This document shows, in pieces, positions 36,507-52,787 of a DNA stretch of 64,000 bases. The notes below the pieces were generated by a model. The model saw only the letters and a program-made list of their open reading frames with translations. It had not been told where the DNA came from and made no database searches. The stretch is from Squalus acanthias (lineage: Eukaryota): assembly GCA_030390025.1 (NCBI GenBank), contig JASTWF010000336.1, positions 434,001 through 498,000 on the forward strand, in the 5' to 3' direction. A program made the translations under genes and the position numbers. Each line of letters opens with the position of its first letter. The first letter of the stretch is position 1.

Positions 36507-39320
36507 ACATAGAAACATAGAAAAATAGGAGCAGGGGTAGGCCATTCGGCCCTTCGAGCCTGCTCCGCCATTCAATATGATCATGGCTTATCCTCTATCT
36601 CAAGACCATATTCCCACTCTCTCCCCATAACCCTTGATGCCTTTTGTGTTTTGAAATCTATCTATTTCCTTCTTAAATATATTCAGTGACTTGGCCTCTA
36701 CAGCCTTCTGTGGTAGAGAATTCCACAGGTTCACCACACTCTGAGTGAAGAAATTTCTCCTCATCTCAGTCCTAAATGTCCTACCCCATATCCTGAGACT
36801 GTGACCCCTCGTACTAGGCCCCCCAGCCAGGGAAACATCCTCCCTGCATCCAGTCTGTCTAGCCCTGTCAGACTTTTATACGTTTCAATGAGATCTCCTC
36901 TCATTCTTCTAAACTCGAGTGAATACAGGCCTAGTCGACCCAATCTCTCCTCATACGACAGTCCTGCCATCCCAGGAATCAGTCTGGTGAACCTTCGCTG
37001 CACTCCCTCCACAGCAAGTATATCCTTTCTTAAGTAAGGAGACAAAACTGCACACAGTACTCCAGGTGTGGTCTCACCAAGGCCCTGTACAACTGTAGTA
37101 AGACATCCTTGCACCTGTACTCAAATCCTCTTTCAATGAAGGCCAACATACCATTTGCCTTCCTAACTGCTTCCTGCACCTGCATGTTTGCTTTCAGTGA
37201 CTGTTGTACAGGACACCCAGATACCTCTGTACATCAGCATTTCCCAATCTATCACCATTTAAATAATACTCTACCTTTCTGTTTTTCCGACCAAAGTGGA
37301 TAACTTCACATTCATCCACGTTATACTGCATCTGCCATGTATTTGCCCACTCACTCAACTTGTCTAAATCGCCTTGAAGCCTCTTTGCATCCTCCTCACA
37401 ACTCACAATCCCACCTAGTTGCGTGTCGTCAGCAAACTTGGAAATATTACATTTGGTTCCCTCATCCAAATCATTGATATATATGGTGAATAGCTGGGAC
37501 CCAAACACTGATCCCTGCGGTACCCCACTAGTCAACACCTGACAACCCAAAAAAGAGCCATTTATTCCTACTCTCTGTTTCCTGTCTGTTAACCAATTTT
37601 CCATTCAATCCCCCAATCCCATATGCTTTAATTTTGCACACTAACATCTTATGTGGAACTTTATCAAAGGCCTTCTGAAAATCCAAATACACAGCATCCA
37701 CTGGTTCTCCCTTATCTATTCTAGCAGTTACATCCTCAAAAAACTCCAGTAGGTTTGTCAAACACGATTTCACTTTCATAAATCCAATTTGACTTTGTCT
37801 AATCCCGTTGATATTTTCTAAGTGTCCTGTTATCACATCCTTTATAATAAACTCTAGCATTTACCCTGCTGATGTTAGGCAAACCGATCTGTAGTTCCCT
37901 GTTTTCTCTCTACCTCCTTTTTTAAATAGTGGGGTTACATTTGCCACCCTCCAATCTGCAGGAACTGTTCAATAATCTATAGAATTTTATACATGACAAC
38001 CAATGCATCCACTATTTCCATGGCTAGCTCTTTTAGTACTCTGGGATGCAGATTATCAGACCCTGGGGATTTATTAGTTTCTGTCCCATTAATTTCTCCA
38101 GCACTGTTTTTTTACTAAAACTAATTTCCTTTAATTCCTCCTTCTCACTAGACCCTTGGTTCCCTAGCATTTCTGGGAAGTTATTTGTGTCCTCTTCTGT
38201 GAAGACAGAACCAAAGTATTTGTTTAATTGCTCAGCCATTACCTTGTTCCCCATTAAAAAAAATCTCGTTTCTGACTGTAAGGGACCTACATTTGTCTTC
38301 ACTAATCATTTCCTTTTACATACTTGTAGAAGCTTTTACAATCCGCTTTTATGTTCCTTGTAAGTTTACTCTCATATTCTATTTTTCCCCACTTAATCAA
38401 TCTATTGGTCCTTTTTTGCTGAACTCTAAACAGCTCCCACTCCTCAGACTTGCTACTTTTTATGGCAACTTTAAATGACTCCTCTTTGGATCGAATACTA
38501 TCCTTAATTTATTTTGCTGGCCATGGTTGGGCCGCTTTTACTTTGTGTTTTTGTGCCAGAAAGGAATGTATAACTGTTGCAATTCGTGCATTCGTTCCTT
38601 AAATGTTAGCCATTGCCTACCCATGTCTTTTAATGAAGCTCCCCAATCTATCAGAGCCAACTCACTCCTCATACCATCGTAGTTTCCTTTGTTTAGATTT
38701 AGGACCCTAGTTTCAGATTAGACTTCTTCACTTTCCATTTTAATGAAGAATTCTATCATGTTATTGTCACTCTTCCCTATAGGATCCCGCAGAACAAGAT
38801 TATGAATTAACACCTTCTCATTGCACAATACCCAATCTAGGATAACCTGTTCCCTAGTTGGCTCCTCAACGTACTGGTCTAAAAAAAATCTCGTACACAC
38901 TCCACAGTATTATTGCTAATTTGGTTTGACCAGTCTATATGTAGATTAAAGTCACCCATGATTACTGTAGTACCCTTGTTACATGCATCTCTAATTTCCT
39001 GTTTGATGCCATCATCTACATTACCACTACTGTTTGGAGGCCTATAGACAACTCCCACCAATGCTTTCTGCCCCTTTGTGCATCTTAGCCCCACCCAGAC
39101 TGATTCTACATCTTGATTTTCTGATCCAATATCCTTTCTCACTATTGCTCTGATTTCATCCTTTACTAACAAGGCCACCCGACCTCCTTTTCCTTTTCGC
39201 CTGTCCTTCCTAAATATCGAATATCCTTGGATATTCAGCTCCCAGCCTTGGTCATCCTGCAGCCATGTCTCCGTAATTGTAATTATATTGTATCCGTTTA
39301 CATCTATTTGTGCTGTTAAA
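36507..39320 (-). mobile_element. CR1 LINE (endonuclease + RT + 3' tail), degenerate, inserted in the spacer upstream of H2A
   Basis: Multiple ORF2 pieces on the minus strand; left flank matches 29705-29910 and right flank matches 30000-30300. Confidence 0.92.
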
Positions 39321-39639
39321 ATGGAATGAGGCAAAAGGAATTTTTAAAAGTTCGGAAATACTTGGCTAATGGTGAATTTATTAAATTAATTCTCTAGTTT
39401 AGGAAAATATTGGCGGGCTTTGTAAATTTAGAAATCGTTGGCGGTCTGACTGTTGACAGTTATTTCCGCCCTCTTTTCATTGGCGGGAGAAACAGGCTGT
39501 AATTGGCCACCGGAAATGACCAATGAAATTCAGCACAGAGCGACCAATCACAAGCTCACTCCCTGCATTCGTCAGGAAGGTATAAGAAGGGCATGTGTGA
39601 GAGTAAATTGTTAGTCTTCGTCTGACTTGGTTTGTGGAA

Positions 39640-42197
<2,558 letters not shown>

Positions 42198-42227
42198 AGC
42201 GGACAAGATTCAATCTAATAACCCAAA

Positions 42228-42243
42228 GGCTCTTTTCAGAGCC
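42228..42243 (+). terminator. Histone mRNA 3' stem-loop (H2A)
   Basis: GGCTCTTTTCAGAGCC-ACCCA. Confidence 0.95.
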
Positions 42244-42563
42244 ACCCACTGTATCTGAGAAAGGGCTGCTCCTTGTTCTGTTATATGAATCACACTTATC
42301 CCGGATTTAATTAAACATTGAATTTCTGCTATTAAGCTGGGAGTTTCCTGATCACAAATGAATGACATTCTCGGTTATAAACAGGACACTGTCGGATTTG
42401 TTGAAATCTAGATCCACACACACTGCCGCAGGTTTGCTGTTACCGGCTATTCAGATCAGTGATTTAATATAGAGGGGGACCGGCTTCAGAGAAAAACAAC
42501 CAACGGAAATTTGAGCGCGGCCGGCATTGAACACTCTGTCGGAGAACCGAGTATAAAGGAGTT

Positions 42564-42598
42564 GTTCTGACGAAAGGTCATCGACCTGAAACGTTAAC
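42564..42598 (+). ncRNA. Minimal type I hammerhead ribozyme (second Penelope family)
   Basis: gtt-CTGACGA-A-AGGTC(atc)GACCT-GAAA-CGTT-aac: intact core, 5-bp stem II, palindromic AACGTT stem III. Confidence 0.78.
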
Positions 42599-42688
42599 TC
42601 TTTCCCCACGGATGTTGTCTGGCCCGCTGAGTTTTTCCAGCGTTTTCTGTTATTTCGGATTTCCAGCATCCGCACTATTTTGCTATCG
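42567..42688 (+). mobile_element. 122-bp Penelope pLTR-derived mini-insertion with 13-bp TSD TAAAGGAGTTGTT
   Basis: TSD at 42554-42566 and 42689-42701; matches 52656-52785. Confidence 0.8.
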
Positions 42689-43101
42689 TAAAGGAGTTGT
42701 TGATGGGCGGTTAGGGGGCAATAATGCCATGGGGAGAAGTATATACATCCTGAATACAATTACTTTCCCTTTTAATTTAGACAGGATGGAGCCAGTATTA
42801 CAGCTCCGGTTAATTTAAAATATTCCAAATATTAACTTGAGGTTCCCACCTGTCCCCGCAACAAGAGCTGATTTATAGGTGAGATTCAGACCTCAGCCAC
42901 CTCATTCTCTGTCACGGTATGTGGAGTGGGGGCAATTAACTACCAGAGCTCCTACTACTAGTTTCCCACCCACATTATTCAGGTGTGTGCTCAGCCCACG
43001 TTATAAATGTCCAGTTCCAGTAACACTACAAGACTGGGACGGTGTGTGTACAGATCAGTTTGCTTTGCGCCGATCGCAGCTCTTTCCTGTGCTGATTTGG
43101 T

Positions 43102-43117
43102 GGCTCTTAAAAGAGCC
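43102..43117 (-). terminator. Histone mRNA 3' stem-loop (H3)
   Basis: GGCTCTTTTAAGAGCC-ACCAA, HDE GAAAGAGCTG. Confidence 0.95.
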
Positions 43118-43161
43118 GTTGTTGTATTTGGTGTTAAAGTCTGGAGCCGGGCAGGGTGAGA

Positions 43162-43644
<483 letters not shown>

Positions 43645-44955
43645 TTATACTCAGTGAGGGACCGCCCCGAGCACTGATTGGGTGGAGACCGGCGCCCACC
43701 CACTTTATACCCAACTCTGACCAATCAATGAAATGCTGGAAACTCGGGCCCCGATTGGCTGAGCTGTGATTAATCGCCCATTTCAAAAAATCCGCCAATT
43801 TTAGTGCAGGAAATAACCGTTTTGAGACGAATCGATTTTATTCTGCACAAATTGAAATGATCATTACCAGAATCATTGAACGTTTTAAATGTAACTTCCT
43901 CGACTTGGTGCTTTAGGCCCTTCCCATTGCCTGCACTCTGGGCTGTTGATGCTGACAGGAGCGGGGATAGGGTCCCACGCCATCTCCCGCTCTTCCACTC
44001 TAATCCTCTCCCTCTCCTCTCCAGCCCATTCAGACTTTACCTCCGCCCGTCCGATTGTGACATTAGCCGCCGCTTTCAGGGGAGAGGATCAGAAATCAGT
44101 CGCTTCTCTCTGACCCCGTGGAGCCTGTGAGAAGGGCTTGGCCAATAATCTGTCATTCGGTAACTGTGCAGTGAGCGATCTGATACTCGGCACATTTTAG
44201 ATTGCTGAGTGGAGACTTATTGCAGCCTGTTACAGATAAGAGGCTGACAAATTAAACCTGTTCGTGGAACAGCGCCAGGAATGTGTGACGGTGAACCGAG
44301 AATAACAGAACGAAAGGCCCGAGATTTTAAAATCGTTCCCTGGAAATTGGACTTTCGATTAATTCGCTTCTTTCCGGCACTGGAATTGCCGGGCTTTTTC
44401 AAATACAAAAAAAATCAAACATTTTGCCAGGTCGACAATTTCAACCAATGATGTGCTTATTTTCTAATCTGCGGCTCTGCGATTGGTTAAGAAATGGGAT
44501 TGTGACGCGGTCCGCCAATCAGAAGTAAACTCGGGTTAGCACGGGCTCAAAAACCGCGGTAATTTCAGATCCCCGAATAACTGAGCTGAAATGGTTCAAT
44601 TTCACAAACCCTGTCAGTATCAGTGCCGGACATCACCGTCTGGCGGGAAATAATTCACAAGTTGGACTCTTTTCAGTGACCCATTCAACGGCTCCTGCCC
44701 GACCAGCCAGATAATTATTATAGAATAACACAATGAACAAATGTGATGTGATGTGGCTTTTCACCGAGAGGGGGCATCTGCCGTCTGGGGAAAAACTCTC
44801 AATAAATCTGGTGCAACAGAAAGCGAAATTCAGATTCCAAAATTCAGAACACAGCGCAAATCCGTTACTAATATTTCTGACCACAATCTACTTTTGAGCA
44901 CAATCTACCCCAGCTCCCGTTCCCAGGTCACTGCTCTCTCTGTGAGGCGGTGGGT

Positions 44956-44971
44956 GGCTCTTAAAAGAGCC
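44956..44971 (-). terminator. Histone mRNA 3' stem-loop (H4)
   Basis: GGCTCTTTTAAGAGCC-ACCCA. Confidence 0.95.
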
Positions 44972-45005
44972 TTTGTGTTGTGTTTGGTGGAAAGAGTCGA
45001 GTTGT

Positions 45006-45326
<321 letters not shown>

Positions 45327-46165
45327 TCACAAACTTCTGCTGAATGAAAAACGGACTGCTTCTGGCTGCTCTTATATACAGCCGACTCCGACCTGACTGA
45401 GAAAGCGCAGAGTGAGAGAGGCGGGGAGGGGAGGAGACAGAGTGAGAGATTAAACAGAGAGAGCGGGAGGGGAGGAGACAGTTTCAAGAGTGACAGACAG
45501 AGCAGAGAGCGGCCTCTGATCTTCCAGCTCCACCTCCAGCTTTCTCCAATCGCCAATTTCAAACCGTTTATCGACAATAGAATCGAAACCCAGCGCTCCG
45601 CACAAACCCTTACAGACTCGGACTTCATATTCGAGGGTTTCCTGAAACCAGAATCTTTTAAATAAGGTCCTGTTACAATTAACAATCAGTAATATTCCCG
45701 CCGATATACTGTCCCTTCTATTACAAGTCAACCCGTCTCCTTCCATGTCAATCTCTGCCCTTATTCCATCTCCCCACACTGCCCTCACAGACGGGTTCAG
45801 CAGTTTACAAACACCTTATTCCAGGTGATTTGGAGATTCTCATGTGTTGGGGTTTGAGTTGTGACGCGGGGTATCTCCGCCAGTGTCACCGTCTCACAGA
45901 GACTGTCACCCTGAACCTGCGAACTGAAAATGACCATGAACTGAGTCTGGAGCCGAACACCCCCCAGTTAGAGTGAGGCCCGGCCCGGACAGCCCATTAT
46001 CTCTGATTTATTGCAGACACTGGGGGAGGGGTGGGTGCAGCGAATGTCAGCGAGTCACCAGGGAGCCGGGGTTAATTTGAAATGATTTCAATCGGGAGTC
46101 TGATCCCGGCCCCGGGACGTGGATCATTTGATTCCGCGATCAGCTCTTTTTGGAAAGACGTGGGT

Positions 46166-46181
46166 GGCTCTGAAAAGAGCC
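46166..46181 (-). terminator. Histone mRNA 3' stem-loop (H1)
   Basis: GGCTCTTTTCAGAGCC-ACCCA plus HDE. Confidence 0.95.
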
Positions 46182-46212
46182 TTTGGGTTCAGATGTTTAC
46201 AAGTTGTCCTTT

Positions 46213-46824
46213 TTACTTTCTTTTGGTCGCTGCTTTCTGAGACTTTGCTGATTTGGGCTTGGCCTTGGGTTTTTCCACCTTCTTGGCCACCTTCACCAGT
46301 CCGCCTGTGGCCTTCTTGGGGCTCTTGGGCTTCTTCGCCGCAACCTTCTTCCCAGCCGCCACTTTCGCTGGCTTTTTTGATGTTGGTGCCTTCTTGGCGA
46401 TCGTTTTCTTGGCTGGAGATTTCTTGGCTGCTGGTTTCTTGGCTGGAGATTTCTTGGCTGCCGGTTTCCTCACCTTCTTTCCCTCTTTCGATTGGGATTC
46501 CTTCTTAGCGAGCCTGAAGGAGCCCGCGGCGCCCGTGCCCTTGGTCTGCTCCAGGGAGCCGTTTTCCACTTTCCTCTTGATACTTAAAATGATCTGGGAC
46601 CGTAACTTCTGCACATCGACGCCGTTGGCAGCCAGAACCTTCTTTATTGCGGCCAGCGACATCCCCTTGCGACCGCTGCCACTCGCCACAACCTTGAGGA
46701 TCTGCTCGCCCAACGTGGGACCGGTTGCCTTGGAGCGGGGAGTCGCCTTCTTCTTCTTGATGGGAGACTTGGTTTGAGCGACGGCGGCAGGAGGAGCCGT
46801 TTCGGCGGCTGCAATCTCAGTCAT
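46213..46824 (-). CDS. H1: Histone H1 (203 aa)
   Basis: Paralog of 6503-7147; [11 protein letters not shown] start, globular domain, K-rich tail. Confidence 0.95.
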   Translation of the reverse strand: MTEIAAAETAPPAAVAQTKSPIKKKKATPRSKATGPTLGEQILKVVASGSGRKGMSLAAIKKVLAANGVDVQKLRSQIILSIKRKVENGSLEQTKGTGAAGSFRLAKKESQSKEGKKVRKPAAKKSPAKKPAAKKSPAKKTIAKKAPTSKKPAKVAAGKKVAAKKPKSPKKATGGLVKVAKKVEKPKAKPKSAKSQKAATKRK

Positions 46825-48032
46825 GTCCGCGACTGTGCAGAAAATCTCTCTGACAGTCAGAGTTGGGTCCGAAATGAAACGAGAGGCGGCGACACAGAGC
46901 AACTTAAAGGCAGCGAGCGGACGGGGCGGAGACATCCTGCTGTCAGCTCCCGGCCCCTCCAGCCTCTCTGTGTTTCTCTCTCCTCATTAACTCTCCGATT
47001 CCAATTAAACTCGGGCACTCCAGATTCCCAGACTGGCCTCTTTCTGTCTCGAAGACCGGGATGTTTGCTGTCGAGAAAGTTTAATCACAATTCAAGGCAG
47101 CAATTTCGATTTAAAGCCGTTTCAATGCTGCACTGATGGCGCTCTCTCACCCGATCGCGGAAACGGTCGCTGTATTTCGGCTCAAATTTGAAATCAAATA
47201 AAACTTCACGTTTAATTCGCACTTCGGGGCTGAGCAGGGGGGCAGGGCGATCCTATGACAGTGAAATCTTTGAATTTTACACAAGAGGGTCTCTGAAATC
47301 CGGCGATGAGAGCGGACACACAAACACATTGACATTAGTCTAACCCGCCCGCTCCTTTAACACACTCTCGCTGACACAATATTCACTCTGCTCATTCACA
47401 ACACAATCTGCTCCCAGATTTACAGTTCCCGGGACAGGTTTTCCTCTCCGCTCGGCCTGTGCTGCCGATTCTCGGGGTTAGTTGGAGTTTCTCAGCTCAG
47501 TCAGTGTTAAACACTCTGAGGTCGGCGCTCCTCACAGTGTCTGATCCCCAGATTCAGGGACAGGAACCAATCACAGCTCTGGCTGTGTTCACCCATATCT
47601 GCTTTGAAGGGATTATCTTGTTCGCAGGCAGAAATAGGTTTGATTTCTATGAAAATAGAAATGATGAGCTCACCGCCCCTCTAGCCTCTCTCTGTCTCTC
47701 TCTCCTCCGAAACTGAGGAACAGAACAGAGCAACTGGTGTCCTGTGCATTCCATTCTCAACACCCAGAGACAGCAACCAGAGAGAGAGACAGACAGACAG
47801 AGAGAATATCAGTCTTAAACTTCGTACTCTGAGCCAGGCGGTCCACGCACTCTCTGTTACCGAGATTTAGGGGTAGGAACGTGTCACAGTTTGGCTGTGT
47901 CGACCCTAGCTTGCTTTTAGATTATAGTATTATTCACAGAAATAGTGAGACATTGTGTTCACCACACATGCCCTGAACTCGGTTTGAATAGACCGAAAAC
48001 TGAGAGGTTCAGCATCTATCCAGATATAACAG

Positions 48033-48923
48033 CGTCAGTTGTGAAGAGGATGTGAAGTCAAGGGGGTCTCGACAGGCTCAGTGAGTGGGCGAGAACGTAG
48101 CAGATGGAATATAATGTGGATAAATGAGAAGTTATCCACTTTGTTAGAAAAAACAGAAAGGCAGAGTATTTCCTAAATGGTGAAAGATTGGGAATGCAGA
48201 TGCTCAAAGGGACCTGGGTGTCCTTGTACATGAGTCACTGAAAGTGAATGTGCAGGTGCAGCAAGCCATTAGGAAGGCAAATGGTATGCTGGCCTTCATT
48301 ACAAGAGGATTTGAGTACAGGAGTAAAGAAGTCTTACTCCAATTATATAGGGCCTTAATGAGACCACACCTGGAGTACTGTGTACAATTTTGTTCTCCTT
48401 ACCTAAGGAAGGATATACTTGCCATAGAGGGAGTGCAACAAAGGTTCATGAGATTGATTCCTGGGATGGCGGGACTGTCGTATGAGAAGAGATTGAGTAA
48501 ACTAGGCCTGTATTCTCTTGAATTCAGAAGAATGAGACGGGATGTCATTGAAGCATACAAAATTATTACAGGGCTTGATAGAGTGGATGCTGGGAGAATG
48601 TTTCCCTTGGCTGGGGAGTCTAGAACCAGGGGCCACAGCCTCGGGATAAAGGGTAGGCCATTCAGGACTGAGATGAGAAGAAATCTCTTCACACAGAGGG
48701 TGGTGAATCTTTGGAATTCTCTACCCCAGAGGGCTGTGGAGGCTCAGTCATTGGGTATATTCAAAACAGAAGTTGATAGATTTCTGACTAGTAAGGGCAT
48801 CAAGGGATATGGCGATAGGGCCGGTGAATGGAGTTGAGGCAGAAGATCAGCCATGATCTCATTGAATGACGGAGCAGGCTCGAAGGGCCAAATGGCCTAC
48901 ACATGCTCCTATTTCTTATGTTC
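48033..48923 (+). mobile_element. CR1 LINE 3' fragment
   Basis: 197-aa ORF2 C-terminal remnant plus tail. Confidence 0.9.
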
Positions 48924-51160
48924 TTTCCACTCTATCTAGGCCCTTTAAAATTTTATACACCTCAATTAAATCTCCCCTCAGCCTCCTCTGTTCCAAAGAA
49001 AACAACTCCAGCCTATCCAATCTTTCCTCATAGCTAATATTCTCCAGTCCTGGCAACAAACGTGTTCATCTCCTCTCTACCCTCACTAGTGCAATCACAA
49101 CATTCCTGTAATCTGGTGACCAGAACTGTACACAGTACTCTAGCTGTGGCCTAACTAGTGTTTTATAGAGTTCCAGCATAACCTCCCTGCTGTTATATTC
49201 TATACCTCGGCTAAGAAAGGAAAGTATCCCATATGCCTTCTTAACCACCTTATCTACCTGTCCTGCTACCTCCAGGGATCTGTGGACATGCACTCCAAGG
49301 TCCCTCTGATCCTCTGCACTTCTCAGTGTCCTACCATTTATTGTGTTAGCCCTCCCCAAATGCATTGCCTCACACTTCTCCAGATTGAATTCCATTTGTC
49401 ACTGTTCTGCCCACCTGACAAGTCCATTGATATCTTCCACAGTCTACAGCTTTCTTCTTCATTATCAACCACACGGACAATTTTTGTATCATCTGCAAAC
49501 TTCTTAATCATACTTCCCACATTCAAGTCCAAATCATTGATATGAACCACAAAAAACCAAAGGACCCAGTAATTACGTTAAATCTAGCAGAATTACGATC
49601 ACTACCACCAATATGCTCTCCTACTGATACCATTTCCGCCTACCCAGCTTCATTCCATAAAACTAGGTCCAGAACCACCCCCTCTCTTGTTGGGCTTGCT
49701 CCGTACTAAAAATGTTCTCCTGAATACATTTTCAGAATTCTGCTCCCTCTATACCTTTCTCGCTAATTTTATCCCAGTTAATATTAGAGAAGTTGAAATC
49801 CCCAAGTATTACTGCACTATCTTTGCACGTCTCAGAAATGTGCTTACATATTTGCTCTTCTATCCTCATCTGACTGTTTGGGGGTCTATAGTCCACTACC
49901 AGCAGTGCGATTGCCCCTTTTTTGCTTTTCAGTTAAAACCATATGGCCTCGTTGGATGATCCTTCTAAGATATCATCCCTCCTCACAGCTGTAATTGTTT
50001 CTTAAGTCAATATTGCGACCCCCCTCCTTTTTTATCCCCCTCTCTATCTCGTCTGAAAACCCTGTAACCATGAATGTTGAGCTGCCATTCCTGCCCTTCT
50101 TTCAGCCATGTCTCAGTAATGGCTGTAATATCATACTCCCACGTGTCTATCTGTGCCCTCAGCTCATCTGCTTTATTCTCTAGACTCCTTGCGTTGAAGT
50201 ATATTCCATTTAGCACTGCCAAACTCCCTTGTTGTCTATTTTCTAGCCTTTGTTTCCTCTGCCATCCAAACTCGAAAAACAAATTTTCTGCCTTCCATTT
50301 CCAGCTTTGCTTCTCTCCCTTCTGAATCTACTTTCAGGTTCCCATCCCCCTGCCAAGCTAGGTGAACACCCCCCCCCCCCCCTCCCCCCGCAAACTCTCC
50401 CTAACAACACTAGCAACCCTTGCCCCTGTGAGGATATTGGTCCCGGTCCTGTTGAGGTCCAACCCATCCGGCTTGTACAGGTCCCACCTCCCCCAGAAAC
50501 GTTCCCAATGCCTTAGGAATCTAAAGCCCTCCCTCCAGCACCATCTCTCCAGCCATGCATTCATCTGCTCTATCCTCCTATTTCTGTACTCACCAGAACG
50601 TGGCACCGGGAGTAATCTGGAGATTACTACCTTTGAGGTCCTGCTTTTTAATCTCTTTCCTAGCTCCCTAATATCTGCCAGCAGGACCCCATCCCTCTGT
50701 TGTTGGTACCGATATGGACAACGACCTCTGGCTGTTCACCCTCCCCCCTCAGAATGTCCTGCAGCCGCTCAGTGACATCCTTGTCCCTGGCACCAGGGAG
50801 GCAGCATACCATCCTGGAGACACGTCAGCGGCCGTTGAATCGCCTGTCTGCTCCCCTAACTATCAAATCCCCTATGACTATTGATCTTCCACTCTTCTTC
50901 CTCCCCCCTGTGCAACTGAGCCATCCATGGTGCCATGGACTTGGCTCTGGCTGCACTCCCCAGAAGAACCATCGCACCCACCAGTATTCAGAGCTGAAAA
51001 CCGATTAGCGAGCGAGATGCACTCAGGGGATTCCTGCCCTACCTGCCTGGTCCTCCTCTTCTGTCTGGCGGTCACCCATTCCCTCTCTGCCTGCACACTC
51101 CTAGGCTGCGGGGTGACCACCTCCTCAAACGTGATATCCACGAAGTTCTCAGCCTCGCGG
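48924..51160 (-). mobile_element. CR1 LINE pieces on the minus strand: RT fragment (48924-49555) and ORF1/endonuclease fragment (49570-51160)
   Basis: FADDTK and [26 protein letters not shown]1 remnant WLERWC..EGFRFL..W..FWGRWDLYKPDGL. Confidence 0.85.
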
Positions 51161-51539
51161 ATATATCCCACACTGACACGCTGTACCAGAGAGTGACAGA
51201 TTCAGTATCTATCTGACATTCCCCAGTGAATCCCACACTGACACATAGTACCAGAGTGACAGAGGCAGTTTCTGTCCCACACTCAATGATCAACCACACT
51301 GTTCACACTAGAATCGGGTGAGCGCGTCCATCTGCTTTTAATGGTTGTTTGGAGTTTACAGCTGGACCAATAAAATACATTGCAACGGTTTTCAGCTGAA
51401 GATAAACACGGTGCTGAGGTAACTCTGTCGAATTTAAAATGGTTTCTGCTGAATGATTGTCACTTGTTGCAGCACTCGCTTTCAGCCAGGAGAGGGCACC
51501 AACCTCTAATAGTTTGGAGTGTGCGGATTGTGTCCACAC

Positions 51540-51673
51540 ATCCAGACCGCAGTGAGTCTGGTGCTGCCCGGGGAGCTGGCCAAGCACGGGGTGGCCAAGT
51601 AGGCCAGCTCCATGTAAAACTCCACAATTTACTGACAAAAATACAGAACACACAACGGCCTTTTTAAAGAGCC
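51540..51673 (+). pseudogene. H2B C-terminal relic with decayed stem-loop
   Basis: ATCCAGACCGCAGTGAGTCTGGTGCTGCCCGGGGAGCTGGCCAAGCAC; GGCCTTTTTAAAGAGCC at 51657-51673. Confidence 0.8.
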
Positions 51674-51795
51674 ATCCACAGCCTCTCTGAAGGAGCCGCC
51701 AGTTTAATGCACTGATTTAGTCAGTTTATTCATTCGGGCTATTGTCCCATCAATCTGGTGAGGAAATTATCAGAGAATTAGTGAAACTGCCCCAT

Positions 51796-51916
51796 TGCGA
51801 GCCAGGCGGCGGATGGCTGGTTTGCTGATGCCCTGGATGTTGTCACGGAGCACTTTACGGTGCCGCTTGGCTCCGCCTTTTCCTAGTCCTTTGCCTCCTT
51901 TACCTCGTCCAGTTAT
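51796..51916 (-). pseudogene. H4 5' fragment (~40 codons, start codon ATA) with promoter retained at 51917-52090
   Basis: Near-identical to H4 codons 1-40; begins ATA ACT GGA CGA GGT. Confidence 0.85.
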
Positions 51917-52349
51917 GACGTTTCTTCACAGGAATATAAACTGAATGATAAACTCTCGCCGTCCTGATGTATTTATGAAGCCAGCCCGGATCTGGTTGAG
52001 AAAGGCTGAGTGTGAGAGAGGCTGGGAGGAGACAGAATCAGAGTGACAGACAGAGCAGAGACAGCGTCATCTGAGCTTCAGCTCCGCCTCCAGGTTTCAC
52101 GCTTCAGCAGTGAAACACTTGCCTGCTCCGCCCCCTCTCCCCGCACAGTGTTTGAACCGACGGGAAGGGCCCTGCGAACTCCCCTCCCCCAGCTCTGCCA
52201 GCGGGGGCCGTTTCCTCTGTGCTCGGCTGATGATGGTTGAACACATCAGGGAGCGGAGATATCACGGGCCCGAGTAAGGGAGCAAACAGCAGCACATCGC
52301 ACTGGGACTGTGTCCGCAGATGGGCTTTGAGTCGGGGTAAGTTCAACGG

Positions 52350-52787
52350 ACTTAATATCGAGTTCAACAATTTCAGATCATAACCCCGGCCCCTACCACA
52401 TATGTATACATTTTATCCACTCTTTTGGTCCGTGCCTTTTACCTTTTTTTCTCTCTCTCCCCCCACGGCAGCTGTCTCTGATTCTGCCAGCATTTCACAC
52501 CTTACCTTTTGTTTCTCAACCTGTTCCATTACCATCTCGTCTTGCCTTGAGCATCTCTCAATGTCTCTACTCACTTAAGACCATCCCTTTTGTTCTTTTA
52601 TTCCTCCCCCCAGCCTCGCCCTTGCATTTTTATCTTATTTCTTGCTTTCTCAGTTCCGACGAAGGGTTTCGACCTGAAACGTTAACTCTCTTTCTCTCTC
52701 CACGGATGTTGCCTGGCCTGCTGAGTTTTTCCAGCGTTTTCTGTTGTTATTTCGGATTTCCAGCATCCGCAGTATTTTGCTATCGTT
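52350..52787 (+). mobile_element. Penelope 3' fragment (GIY-YIG C-terminus GLNIEFNNFRS*, pyrimidine-rich UTR, hammerhead motif); 12-bp TSD TAAGTTCAACGG
   Basis: TSD at 52338-52349 and 52788-52799; hammerhead-like agtt-CCGACGA-A-GGGT(ttcg)ACCT-GAAACGTT-aact at 52652-52687. Confidence 0.8.

Noticed and set aside
50369..50389. Poly-C tract / possible G-quadruplex
   Set aside because: Simple expansion within a decayed CR1 ORF1 region
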